64,000 nucleotides of DNA from Magallana gigas (lineage: Eukaryota), in the NCBI RefSeq assembly GCF_963853765.1, contig NC_088856.1, positions 34,534,001-34,598,000 of the forward strand, in the 5' to 3' direction. The notes under the pieces were generated by a model. The model was given only the letters and a program-made list of their open reading frames with translations, did not search any database and was not told the DNA's origin. The position numbers were made by a program, and so were the translations under genes. This document shows, in pieces, positions 1 to 13,200 of this stretch (within the stretch, counting starts at the first letter, position 1; each line of letters opens with the position of its first letter).

Positions 1-252
1 GTATCAGTATATGTATTTATCTTTTTTAAAAGGGAAAATTTATTCATTCTTGAGCATAGTTGGAGTTATAACTAGTAGTTTTATATTGATGCCCTAGTAA
101 ATGGCTTTGTGACCTTGAAATGGAAGTTTAATTTTTAGATTTCCTGAAACTTACTGCATCCTGGAACTTAAGCCTTGAGTACGGGGTACACGTAGACTAA
201 GGAAGCTGTTATTAGACAGTAATTAAAGTAAAATTATGTTCACCTTTTACAG

Positions 253-3200
253 TACTAGATTTGATTTGGCAAACACTGATCATGTCATATGCTGCATGGA
301 TTCAACCACTGCAAACAGAAACTTCCCCTTTGTTACCATGGATACAAGCTGATTGTGAGGCTGGAAAGAAAATGGTGGAATCTTTTGTTTTTGTGATCCA
401 GTATCTTCACCAGATATTCCATGGTGAGTAACGATTCGGTACAACCTGTCAGAGGTAAAACTCTTGACTTCTTTAATGTCAACAAAGGGATAAAAAGATG
501 TACTGTAAATTCCTTATATTACGCAAGTACTAAAAAAATAATGGCGAGATTTTAAATTTCGCGAGGGTGTTCCTCGCAATTTTACGCGGATATAAATTCC
601 TCGCGTTTAATTAGGAACCTACAGTAATTTGTCATTTGTTTTATTCAATTTTATCATTTATTATTTTAAGCTTTATTTTGATTAATCTATGAAAGAAAGA
701 TGTTTTTTTGTATAGAAAATTAATGAAAAAATGTTGAGAATAGTTTCAATAAATATTTAAAAAGATATCACATAGAAATATGTGACTTTGTCAAAAAAAT
801 TGGCCATATTCTAGATGGAAAAATTAGATTTGTTCTTTTATTTAAAAGATAAGAATTAAGTGGTCTCTACAAAAGTGCCTAAACAGTCATGTGATTGGGG
901 CTTGTAATGATGTTACTACAACAATGCCTCTTGGACTTTTTTCCAGACTTGATCCCTCCCTACCAGCCCGACCCCCTGATCAGGGTGTGGCTGTACTTCT
1001 GTGATGTGCTGTGTAACAAACAGGTCCCTGCCCATGTTACCAATGTATACAACATGGGGTTTGCACAACTACCATGGGAACAACTCAAACCTAACACACA
1101 AGTTCTTAATACAATGATGCAGGTAACTCTATTTTCAAAATTAGTGGTACATGTACTTGTATTATCAAACTAAATGAAAAAATCAGTGTACTGTAGGATA
1201 AAAAGTTAGAACAATAATTCATTTTTAATGCAGAGAATAAAAGTATTGATTTTGAAGAGTATCTTGTCGTTTACCAGTACATGTAAAATAAATATACTTG
1301 TAACTGCAAAAATTTTTTTAAAACAGTTGAAGGACCAGAATTGTCCAGAGAGCTTTGACCTGTTGGCGCATGTGGTTTGTCAGCTGAACTGGACAGACAT
1401 TGTGATACACTACAGCCAGTGTTATGGCAGGCAGGGGACCAGTCAAGTTCTGGCCTGTGTGCTGCTTCTACTGGTGCAGTGTTATGGGGATCAGAAACAT
1501 GTGGAGGTACCTTAATTCATAAAGCAAAGCAACACAGAATACACCTTAAAAGTCCCTCTTCTCCAGCTATTAATCAAATTATTTTGCATTTAAATGCGAT
1601 GAATGTACAGTCATGTGTTATGTTTGATGACACAGAATGTGAGTCTTGCATACAATTCTAATTTTTATTTTGTGATTCAGATCCCTAACTTGGAGAAAAA
1701 GACACTAATTGCTGAGAAGTATGACTGGTCCGCTCTAACTTCAGACAACTACAGGCACGCCAGTAACTGGTTCTTGCAGACATGTGACCCCCGTTGTGTT
1801 ATGGCAGAAAGATCTTCCTCCTCTGCCTTAGGTTTAAGGTAGGAAGCCAGAGTGCATGATACTAGATGAACAGTTGAATTCAAGCTAAGGGTTATCAGAA
1901 TAAATCAAATGTCCTCAAATTATAAATAGTCAAACCTTGTTATCTTGAAGTCAAGAAAAAACTTTTGAGATACAATGTATCTAGTAAGTATTTGAGGTAC
2001 ATGGAGATCGAAATACACCAGGAAATAGTGATTCAGACTCGTCACTTGTTGTACTTGAGATATCAATGTTCACACTTAGTCAGCTGAAATTCATCTTTTC
2101 TTTTTGATATTCAGGTTGTTAAAGGCAGCATCCGGTTTCAATGTCCAGTCTTCCTTGAGCTGGAGCTCCGACCTTTCACTGAAGCGACAGTGTTACGTAC
2201 ACAGCGTGGTACAGCTGATGTGTCAGTGTACGTTTGAGGCAGACGTCAATCTGGACACGGTCTCCCTGATCCTGATGAATCTCCTCACAGAGGTGGAGAC
2301 AGTCACAAGCTCCAGTGAGAATCTTTCTCTCTCCTGTTTTAAAACCCCTCTCTTTCCCTCTAAAAGTGGGAAGATTTGTCTCTTCTGGTGAACAAAACCC
2401 TCCCCCTTACAAATTTATATCAGAAGAATCAGTGTAAAGCTTTATTGCTGTAACCCTGTCGTTTTTTTTTATGTTGAATAACATTGCTAGAACTTACTCT
2501 GAGTTGTGTTTTCAGTAACGGACACTCGTATTCAGGAAGAGGAGAGTCTGGATTTGTCCAAGGAGATTTTCGCTCTCCTCAATAATTGTAATCCTGAAAA
2601 CAACTCAGTTTCCATTGTCATGACAACAATCATCCAATGGCTGCAGTCCTCTCCCAGGAGCATTCTGTTGATGCCCTGTGTGCGTGTGGCTTCCCGGTGC
2701 CTGGCCTCTCACAAGCACATTGTTAACATTGTAGAGGAGTGTATCCATGTGTATTTCAAAGGAGGTAAACAAGCTTACAGTGATGATTCATTTAATACCA
2801 GGGTATTTGTAAAGTAGTGGATCATCTGATGTAACTTTTCATCAAATATTAGTTATTTCTCCTAAACGCTGTTGAGATTAAATGATCTATTTAATTGACT
2901 GGATTGCTTGCTATGATAAAAAGATTTGTGAATGATTATTATTGCTTTGAGTTACCAGTAAATGTGTATAATCATTTTGAAGTCTTCTGGGACACATTCA
3001 TGTAGGTGAACCCCTGGCTTTTTTTCACCCATTATATGCTTTGGCTTGTAGGAATGGATCAAGTAGCAGGAGGGGGCTGGGACCATGTGTTAGCTGCCAT
3101 GCAGATCCCTGATCTCAATATTGAGGACTTCCTGCAAACCGCGCTAGACGAGGGAACCTTCCTGTTGTTGTACGGGTATATTGTTCAGAAGCTCCCCCTA

Positions 3201-4131
3201 TGTCAGCAGTTACTGGAGGAGCAGGCTTTGATTGGTCGGCTTCTAAACTGGATCACTGTTGCCAAACCTTTGTAAGTGATGTCTATCGCACTGTCAGTAT
3301 GATGGTCAATTTAAGACATGCAGCACTCATTCTCTGTTATGAGAACTCATTTTGTACATGAATTTAGTTGTGTACTGAATCTTGAGATATAATCGTTACA
3401 ATCCACAAATCTGTTTTTAAATCAAGAACAATTAAACTTTGTTTTGTGTGAATTTGTTGTTTGTTCATTAGACAGGAGGATGAGAGCAAACTGTTGCTGC
3501 TGTGGTACAAGAGCCTGGAGCTGATCCTGAGACAGCTGGACTATGGTGGTAACCATGCTGCCATCATCAAGATGCTCTCTTCCCTGGTCACCTCTCTCCA
3601 CCTGATGGGTGAGGACCGGGCCAGCGGGGGGTTGTTGGGGGCCATAGGACTCGGCAAACGGTCCAGTCTCTCTCCTGAGTAAGTGAATTATTATGTCATG
3701 TTGTGATGGTCTAATACATATACACATCATGTATTGTTTTATTTTTACTGGTACATTATCACAATTAAGCCTAGATAAATAACTTTAAGCTTGTTATAAG
3801 CATGAAAATATTTTGTAGGTTTCGTATATCTTGTCGTGCCTTGGCAGCCATGATAACCCTACAAGTTTATGATGAAATGAGACTACGGTTACAACCAGGA
3901 CAATCCTTGGCCAGCAATGGAGCTACCAAGCAGGAAGTAGGAGCTCTTCTGTCAATGAAGTCAAATAAACTCTATCAGTCTTATAAAAATGAAATAGAAT
4001 TACTGTGCGATGTGGTTCAGAATGAAAACTATGGATTGCGTCAGACACTGAACTTAATTCACCAAATATCGGAAATGTTCTACAAGGAAAAAGAATATTT
4101 GTCTATATTACACTCAGCTCATAGACAATGA
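253..4131 (+). CDS. EPG5: Ectopic P granules protein 5 homolog (autophagy tether), 3' part; 5' exons lie upstream of the window
   Basis: Phase-consistent GT-AG exons: 253-423, 947-1122, 1327-1506, 1681-1838, 2115-2314, 2516-2764, 3052-3271, 3472-3678, 3819-4131 (TGA). The spliced C-terminus ..EGTFLLLYGYIVQKL..QEDESKLLLLWYKSLELIL..GEDRASGGLLGAIGLGKRSSLSPEFRISCRALAAMITLQV..RLRLQPG matches the human EPG5 C-terminus as recalled ([54 protein letters not shown]). A possible exon at ~139-190 could not be phased. Confidence 0.93.
501..626. mobile_element. Short TA-flanked MITE (Tc1/mariner-type ends)
   Basis: TACTGTAAATTCCT...AGGAACCTACAGTA imperfect TIRs; related copies at 9202-9424 and 53569-53796. 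Confidence 0.65.
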
Positions 4132-5629
4132 TGTTTGCAACATTTTGCAGGGAAAATAATCAGTTAAATTTGCATAATTGACAATACATGTGTAACTGAG
4201 GAAGTTTTATTAATTTGACTGCTATATTTATACTCGGGCTGTTATATGATAAATTACCCTACAGAATATTTACCAATGTATAACTGTGACAAAAAAGAAA
4301 ATTTTAAGTCATGAATAAATAATAATAAAGTTATGATCAAGATGATCACAGGTTTACATTTATTTCATGTTAAACATGATTTAAAAAGGGATAATTGGCT
4401 ATTAATCTACATGTAATTTATATTAAGACAACAGAGTCACTCTGGTCCAGGTAGGAGTTAATCGGTATATTCATTTGGTGCTATATATACATATATATAT
4501 AAGTAGGGGTAGAGTACATTTAGTTAGTATTATTTTATGCAATAACTTATTAGGGAATTTAGAAAGTATGAATAGATAATACTGTTATGGTTTTAGGTAA
4601 ATGCTTGTGACTTTTTTATTTAGTCAAATATGCTTTATTAGGAGGAATATCTTTTTCTCTCTATCAGTGTGATTTCCTATATTAGTACTTTATGTATATT
4701 GTTATGATGATATATACAATGACATGTAGTGACTCTCCCTTTATTTATGTGATACAGACTGTATAAAAGGAATTAGACTTTTGTTGATCTTTCTCTTTCT
4801 AATGAAAGTGGAATGGAGTATTCATTTTCATTGAGTTTTGTCATTTGTGTTTACTGTACCAAATTATCTGTGAATGTCACTTGACGTATGCAATTTGTTG
4901 TGCCCAGAACTATGTCTTTCATTTGTAAGTACATTGTAGTACATTGTACTAATTGTTATCCCAACTAATTATTAAGTTAATTGCTCTTATCTTGTATTTA
5001 CTTGGACTACACATGTACATGAAGACCAAAATTACATCACTTGAAACTATTTATTAATCATTAATGTAGTCTTTAGAGCATTAATTCAGTTTTACATTCA
5101 AGTCCAATGAAATCTGAAAGAACTGAAAGAACTGGCCAAGCAAGCAGTTCCTCTGATTAACATGTCTGTTTAATTGAAGGGAAAAATTGTATTTATCAGA
5201 TTGAATTACACATTCATATGTTAATGTATTTTTATATGTACTGAAATTATTGTCTGTGATGTATATTAATTTTTGGTGACATTGATGTTACACAATGATG
5301 GTTTCATATAGAAGAGTTGATATGACATTAATATTCCTTACATCCAAAAAACTGTCACACCTCAGTGGATAAAAATCATATACCATCAATGGTAATGAGA
5401 GATATAATTAATATACCATTAAAAATTTAGCATTATAGTCCTGAAATCTTTCTTTCTTTATTGAGAAGATTTTTCCATGAGTAACATTTAAAGTCCTACC
5501 TGTATTTGTGTTCATTGATGGTAAATGTATTATTCTATTGCTGTATATACATGTTTTTTGGTTATGTTTTGAAATTATAAAATTAAATACTGTATTATTC
5601 AGTAAACTTAAATCCTTCTTGGAGTTATG

Positions 5630-5830
5630 AAGGCCCATAAGGCTGATGCTTATCTCCGGTTACTGTGGTGCTAAGCAGATGAGAGTCTTTGACTCCCCTA
5701 GATTGGTTAACTCCCAGCACATGATGGCTTCCAATTTCAGGTGGGTAGACTATAAGACAATTACAATGGCTGTAGATGAATTGCTTTGTCTAAGGACACA
5801 GCATGCAACATCAAAGACCACATTGTGGCT
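5630..5830 (-). mobile_element. Degraded CORE/MIR-like tRNA-derived SINE fragment
   Basis: AAGGCCCATAAGGCTGATGCTTATCTCCGGTT and TTGTCTAAGGACACAGC resemble, from memory, antisense motifs of invertebrate CORE-type SINEs (..CTTGCCCAAGGACAC..). Heavily diverged; orientation tentative. Confidence 0.3.
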
Positions 5831-7214
5831 TGAATAAATAACCTTCAGTGAAGTAAGGTTGCATTATAAGTCACAATCTCCTCTTTGTTAACTAAAGATA
5901 CAAACTACTGGTATATGATTACTGGAATCTCTGAACCGAAACTATAACCTAGTTTCAATCATTATTTTGATAGAAAACAATGAGAGCAACTATCATGCCC
6001 TCTCCAAACAAGGATTGTATACTAATTATGTTTATAAATAAGAAATACAGCACTCAAATTCTTCAGACAAATCACAAAAATTGACTCTTCCAAGTATGTA
6101 GTGATAATAAGGGCACTGCTCTGTTCCATATAATTAATGGCCAGTCCAATTGTTCATCTATCCATCTGTCTGTCCATCTGTCTGCCAAACACTTAACCTG
6201 AGCATATTTCTCACCATCATTGAAAGTACTTCCCCTTACTTATCTTTGGGTAAAGGATGCACCGTGACCTTGAACAATGTTTTAAGATACCGTAAATAAT
6301 TCTGCATATCTGGTAATTTTCAAAATGATCTTATTTATACCCTTTTATTGCGATCACTTTTACATGCAAAATATTCAAAATGCAGAAGTTATATTCAGTA
6401 TTAATTGCTACATGAAACTTTTAAAATCGCCAAAAAAAATGACCGAAGCATATCAATAAAGTTTTACATTTTCTCATTTTAAATTTGCAAATTTTGTGAC
6501 TTATGAAATATTCTAGATATATGATAGCAATCCCTATATGGACAATATTTCAACCCCCTTGGCCCAACCTGGCAAAAGGCACTTACACTGTCTTTGGATA
6601 ATAATGGGGAAGGGTCTTGAATAGTTTCAAAGTCAAATGTAAAGGTCAAAGAAGTAGACCGCTGAATAATCTTTATCTGGGTTATATCTTATTTGACCTT
6701 TTCCTATGTGCTCACATATAGAGTGCTTATTTATGGTTAAAGGGTTGTGACCTTGGAACCAACTCTCTCACTCAAAGGTGAAGGTCATAGCAGAGCTTTA
6801 TTTTTTTTCCCCTGAACCCAGTCTTATTCAGACCATTAGACAGCTAGTAATTATTGTCTCTCCCATGGCAAATTTTGATCACACTTTGCCAAAGGATTGC
6901 CTGTAAGTAATGGATGTGCAGAAACTTTGAACCAAAATTCTAGGTCAAAGCAACGACACAAATACATGCCACAAATTGCTAAAATATTCTTTTTATTCTA
7001 ACAATGAGTTAAACAATTTTATGACAATTATATACCATTGAGGAGTGTCAAAAGTTCATTGACTTGTATACAACTACTGTACATCACAAATCCATCATGG
7101 ATGGTGTACATGTATGTCACTAAACATTGGTCACAATTTATAAAACTGCTGGACTTGCTTCTCCATCAAGGCCACTGTTTCATCATTCAGATTATAATAA
7201 TATTACAGCAAACG

Positions 7215-10200
7215 TCATGTATATGCCAGTAAATTAACTTCATAACATCCATCCACCTAAAATTACAAAACAAATGAGCATTATTAAATTAAATCATGCA
7301 TCGATTTACACTTATAAGTTAATATTAATGTTTATTTTCTTGACACTAAATCTTTGCAAGTACCTCATATCGACCAATCTCTGTTTTACTTTGGTTAATT
7401 GCCATCTCTTCAGACAATCCCCACAACTCCTGCAGGCTAGATGAGATGGATTCTAGGTTAGGGATACCCTGAAAGATGCCAAATCAATGTCACTGAAATC
7501 TATCAAAGTCCATGGCATAGATTAGATTACACTTGTGTCGGAAGCAAACTGAAAGTGGGTGGCTACACTTATCAGAATCCTTGACAAGAAAAAAAAAAAG
7601 GAAATTGGTTATGGTTATGTCTAACTTTGCAAAAGTTAGACAAAAAAACAAACTTTGCCAGCACCCCTTTTATTTCTACATACATGCAATTGTACACCAG
7701 TTAATTATTTGTACACATGTACCGTAACTTTGAAAGTCAGCTTTTCATTTTGAAATTTTGTATATAATCATGTTACTGAAAATAATCAGCCAAAATAAAT
7801 TTATAAAAAAGGAATAACTACAGGTAGACCTGAAATTAAAAAAAAAAACCACTGTCAAAGAATAATGGTCAAACGTTATGTAATGGAACTGATAAGAGTC
7901 CAACCTAAAGTGCCTGTTGGGAAATTTGGGATTCTGACACCCCCACCACCCACTTTGGCCCAAGTGAAGGTCTTTATCATATATATGGTATGGGTATAAA
8001 AAAGCAAATGTACTTTATCTGTGATTAAATTTCACAGGTCTCTCCATTTTATTTGGAGGGTGACCCCTGCCCTATGACCTTTAGACCTTGAGGATTGACC
8101 CTTATATACCGTAGATATACTGTTTCTTGATGCAGAGTTTGCATCAAAACAGGGGTTGACCTGTATATTTTTTCCCTTACCCCACCCATTCAAAGGATTT
8201 TTGTTTAACCTGGGGCTATCAAAAGTGCCAGGCACATAATAAATATTTAAATTCACCAGATCTGTAAATGAAAATGAATGCATTTATTATTGTTTTATCC
8301 AAATGACTGCAGTACTCACAGAGGCATGCTTACTTACTGTCTGATGGAAACATGCATTAGTTCTGATTAAGTAAATTTAAAAAAATTATTCTTATAAAGT
8401 GTGTTAGAAAAGTGATAAAATGATATTAATTGGACAGATATATATATATTCACTTTATTCATTTTGTCAATTCACCTGGTGCCTTAAACAGTAAGTATTT
8501 AATGCCATACACAATTTAAGTCTAGATGAAAGAGATAAAATAATAATATATATATTAATAATTAGGTTACAAATTTTGAACAATAGAAGAGGCAAGATAT
8601 CTGTAAATATTTCAATAAAAGAAGAGTTCTTTAAAATATGAACACACACCCTTAGATGAAAATTAAAATCAGCTAGCTCGCGTGTATACTGTAGACATGT
8701 AAATATTAAGGAACATTATTCAGCAGAACATTAATCACCAGACTCATAAGACCTACACAGTGTTGTCAATATAATTATATAAGGCTCTTGCTCTAACTAC
8801 TGTCATATATATATGAAGACATCTACATCTATAACCGGCTATAACTAGTCAGTTCTTACCATGTCTTCTACCTCCTGATCATCAGAATCAGGATCATCGT
8901 AATAAATCTGAAAGCATTGTTTAGTACATAAGCTCTCCTCCTTCAATAGACTAGACAGGAGTCATATTCTGAGTAAGCGGCCACTGCTGCCCGTGTGACA
9001 CTACCAGTTCTACAATTCCGTCTATATACATTGAAGTCCCTAAACATCCACCATATATATAGCAGGTGATTGCTTTGTGTATGTGCATATATAGTATGTG
9101 TGTATATATATATTTCTGCCCTAATCATTCACCACATAGCTACGTGTGTGATTGCTCTGTTTATAATTAAGTATGCATTGACGTCCTAATCATCCACCAC
9201 ATACTGTAAATTCCTAATTAAAAGCGAGTAATATCCGCATAAAACCGCGAGAAGCCAGTCTCACGAATTTCAAAATCTTGCTTTTAATTTTCAGACATAT
9301 GTAACCTACATGAAATTATGATAAAGTTTCGGCATTCGCGATTTTACGTTCTCGCGATTTGATAGAAAATCGTTGAATTGCAGAATTTAGTACTAATCTT
9401 GTGTAAAATAGGTAATCTACAGTAGTGGTACGATTGCTTTGTACATGTATTAGTGTCCTAATTATTAGAATCAGAAGATATAGTTTCTCCAAACATTTTG
9501 CATCACCAATGGAAAGAAATAAATAACTAGATATGTGTATATGATCTTATTAAGTAGAGAAACAATTAGTCATTTTGAGATTTTTTTAGATACTTATGAA
9601 TAAAGTTTAATTTTTAATGCCTAAAAGGTAGGTTATTTCCAGCATTGATTTTATTCTGCCCTTTTCAAGTTGAACACATGCTAGAATTCCATATCTCTCA
9701 GTAATTTATAGAAGTTTAGGTTTGTATGAGAAACTTGTTTGCAAAGAAGAGGAGGTCACCCTTAAGTACAGTAAAACTTGCTTATAGAAAACTCAGATAT
9801 AAGAAAACACCAGTTATAAGGAAGGTAAATCTTCTCCCCATCCCGACCTCATATCTTAATAGTCTTTAATAAATGGATATACAGAATCTCTGTTTTAATT
9901 ACTAAAATGTACTTAAAGTTTTTCTATAAGCAATGTTATGCGACTTTTAAATATGAATGAAAGAAAAATACAAATACTCCTTCCCTCCCGCTTACTAGAC
10001 AACGATTTACATAATGAAAGGAAAGGTATGCATTATATACATAAAATAATTTCATAAAGAGCTTAACTTGCAAAAAATCATCAGCTAAAAACTTCCTGCA
10101 AATATGATCATCTAGTATTCTTCTGTCTTTAACAACAACAAAATTCTTAATTCAGAAGGGCTGAAATTCCCAGAAAAATAATATTTAATGGAATTTTTTT

Positions 10201-13200
10201 GGTAATGTTTAGGGTAAGTTTAACTCTTAAACTGCAGCAATCAGCATTTAATTTTATAAAACTTTGTAGGTATTTAGGACATAATGTGTAGCTGTGCTTA
10301 CACTAAAACAGGACTAACTGATGAACGGGTAAGAACATTACACCCCTTGCAGTTTTGTTGTGTGGGGTATAAATAACAGGAATCTGGCTGTACATCCATC
10401 AATGCAAACAAAGAATGCTTTTGTATAGCAATCACTTACTAATAAAAATATTGTAAGAATTAATTCAGATTGCTATTAATCCAACATGGTACAGGAATAG
10501 TGAAAAACAACAACACATGCAGAAACAAAATTGAAGGAAAAATATGAGTCAGCTTAATTTCCATTATATATTGCTTTAATGATTGATTTTCAAAAAAAAT
10601 AGTTGAATGTGGTAAAGATCAATCTTAGGGTAAACAAAACCATTTCAAACATAGCATGCATTTAAACATATATTAGATATATGTCAGTGTGCACCTGAGT
10701 ACTTAAAAAATCCCAAAGGATTAAAATGATTAAGCATTGGGGTCAAATTCATTTGGTATGTCATTAGGTAGATCAAGTTTTCTATTACTCTCTATTTCAT
10801 AAAAAAATACCTGCAGTAGTAACTCGGATACAGTTTGTAATATTCACATAAAGCTAAATAAATTTAATGATGAAAAATATATATATTTTTGTACCTGTAA
10901 GTGAAATACAATGTAACGTGTAACAATGTGCTGTATTAATTAAATAAATAAAAATCCAAACATCATGCACAAATCAGTAGACAGTGGATATGGGGATTAT
11001 ATTTTGTTTTTGTGACTTTGTCAACAAGACTGTGATTTTATCGCATTTACATACATTGTTTCATGTTGGTGAATGTGTGTCAGTAGCACTCTAGTTTAAT
11101 TCCAGATATAGTAAAAAAAAAAAAAAAAGGTGAGATATAAAATGTGACATTTCCCAAAACTACTCACTTTCTCCTTGGCTTTTGTTTGTAACTGAATAAG
11201 TAACCAGTATTAATTAATTTTTTAATATATTACGACAAAATGGTCACAAACCCACAAAAGCCACTTTGAGACAAATATAGGATTTTCGATTAAATAAAAC
11301 AATTTCATATTTAAGATAAAAATACACATCATTAACTTGGTTTTTTTTTACTGTAACAGATGAAATGCAAAATTATATATCAAAATAAATATAGCTCAAA
11401 TTTCTGTAGGTGGATTGCACATTTCTATTGTATTATAAAAATAATGTTATACTTGTTTTTATTGTATTTAATTTCGGTTTTATTGTACTTCATTTACAAT
11501 GAATATATTCACTTTTAGTGTATTTAATACATCGCCATTCAACAAAACCTTAATTTATAGGAATTTTCACATTTTAATAATTTTTCTACATTACATTAAA
11601 AATAATAAAACTCAAAACACTGCAGGGAGAAATAGAGATACATGTACAACTTCAATCTCTTTTATGTCATTTTGCAGTCATACAGACTTTAAACTTTAAC
11701 ATGAAATCAAAAGCTATAAATCTTCAGCATACATTTATTGAAAGTTGCCCTCCATCTGAAAATAAGTGCTACAATCTTTCCTGATTACTAAGTGTTGAAA
11801 AAAAATTGAAAAGATGGCAGATCTCACTGTGCTGAAAGTCTATTGCATAATTAAAATCACTTACAATGTACTTCTATATGTATCAATTGATTACTAGAGT
11901 CATGGGGGTCAAGTATCTGGTTGTCTTGACAACAAAGCCTTACCTCCAGTTTGTGTTTGGTGCTGTTGGCGGAGTCTTCCGTCAGCCAGGCCGGTAATGG
12001 CGGCGGTTTACTAAGCATCTAAATCACATAGAAACAAGCTCTTAAACTGTCATCACATATCTGATGTTATAGAAATGACTGAATATTGTCACATGTAACA
12101 AGCATTTAAAACTTGTATTATTTACTAAGAACCTAAATTAACTTTATGCAATTAATGCCATGTAGTATCATTCATTGTTTAAAATTCTAATTCTATACCA
12201 AGTACATGTATAAGTAATATTTTTCGATGATTAACAATCCTAATCAGACACATGATTATATAATATTCAGCAAGAATTCTTACTGTATGGTGGTATGCAA
12301 TAAACAAATCCTAATTACAAAACATTGAACCTGCATTTGTCTGGCCAATTAACTTGGTTTTTTTTATACTTTTGTTCTTAATATAATTTTTTTTACAAAA
12401 TTGACACATTATGGTGCGTGGATGAATGTTATGTCAAAAAAATAATTCCCCTTTCAGCTAGGATTTATCAGTGTTTAATAGTCAGTGTTTTCTTCCTACA
12501 ACACTACCAACTTTCTGGGGCAATATCACACTAAAATTTAAGGGTCTTAGGTTCACTCTGCTCCCAGAAAACCAAAAACTCTTGGCCTCTGCAATCTTTG
12601 GCAAACATGCAAAAATCATTGTGGACTCTAATTGTACGGAATAAGTTTTCTAGCTAGGTTAAATTGCCACAAAAGATGGCATTATGAAAATGGAATGAAA
12701 CTGCCAAAATGCTTTTGAAGGTTTAATTAATTTATTCATGATAGATAAGTTTATACAAAGTATTACTGACTCGGAGAGAAAAATGACATAGTGATTAGTC
12801 CATTGAAGGGAGAAACTAACAAGAAGGTAAAAGATGTCCGTAGATAAACATGACTATTGATACTACATGCAAGTTACAGTTCACAGAACTACAAGGTCTT
12901 ACCTCAGAAGACCTATACAGTCTGAGATCTTCAATGCGGAATTCTTTCCACACAGGCGAGGGTTGTTGAAGGATAATGCGCATGGCTGAAATGTTGGAGA
13001 TCTCGAAGGAAAACTGTGAAAAGAAAATAAGTTTATAGACTTATGATTTTCAGAAAGGCTATATAATACCATAAGCTAGTTATGGCAGAGGCTTTTACAC
13101 ATCAAGAAAAAAAAAGTCAATGTATAACTCTTTTTTGAATTTGGGTGATTTGTTAAAGCCAATCATACATGAGGTTTAAAGAAACATTAACATAAAGTCA

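Noticed and set aside
139-200. Additional EPG5 exon (DFLKLTASWNLSLEYG)
   Set aside because: No GT donor gives the phase 1 required by the exon at 253; left unresolved.
7531-7548. 18-nt NICN1 micro-exon (FASDTS)
   Set aside because: Weak GTAATC donor, only a 62-nt downstream intron, and the strong pyrimidine tract belongs to an out-of-frame upstream AG.
8032-8160. Alternative terminal NICN1 exon (VNPCFDAN..WRDL*)
   Set aside because: The acceptor lacks a pyrimidine tract, and the sequence contains TGACCT-type repeat motifs.
10890-10910. Recursive (AG|GT) splice site in NICN1 intron 5
   Set aside because: The regenerated donor GTACAA is poor and the intron is only ~4.5 kb.
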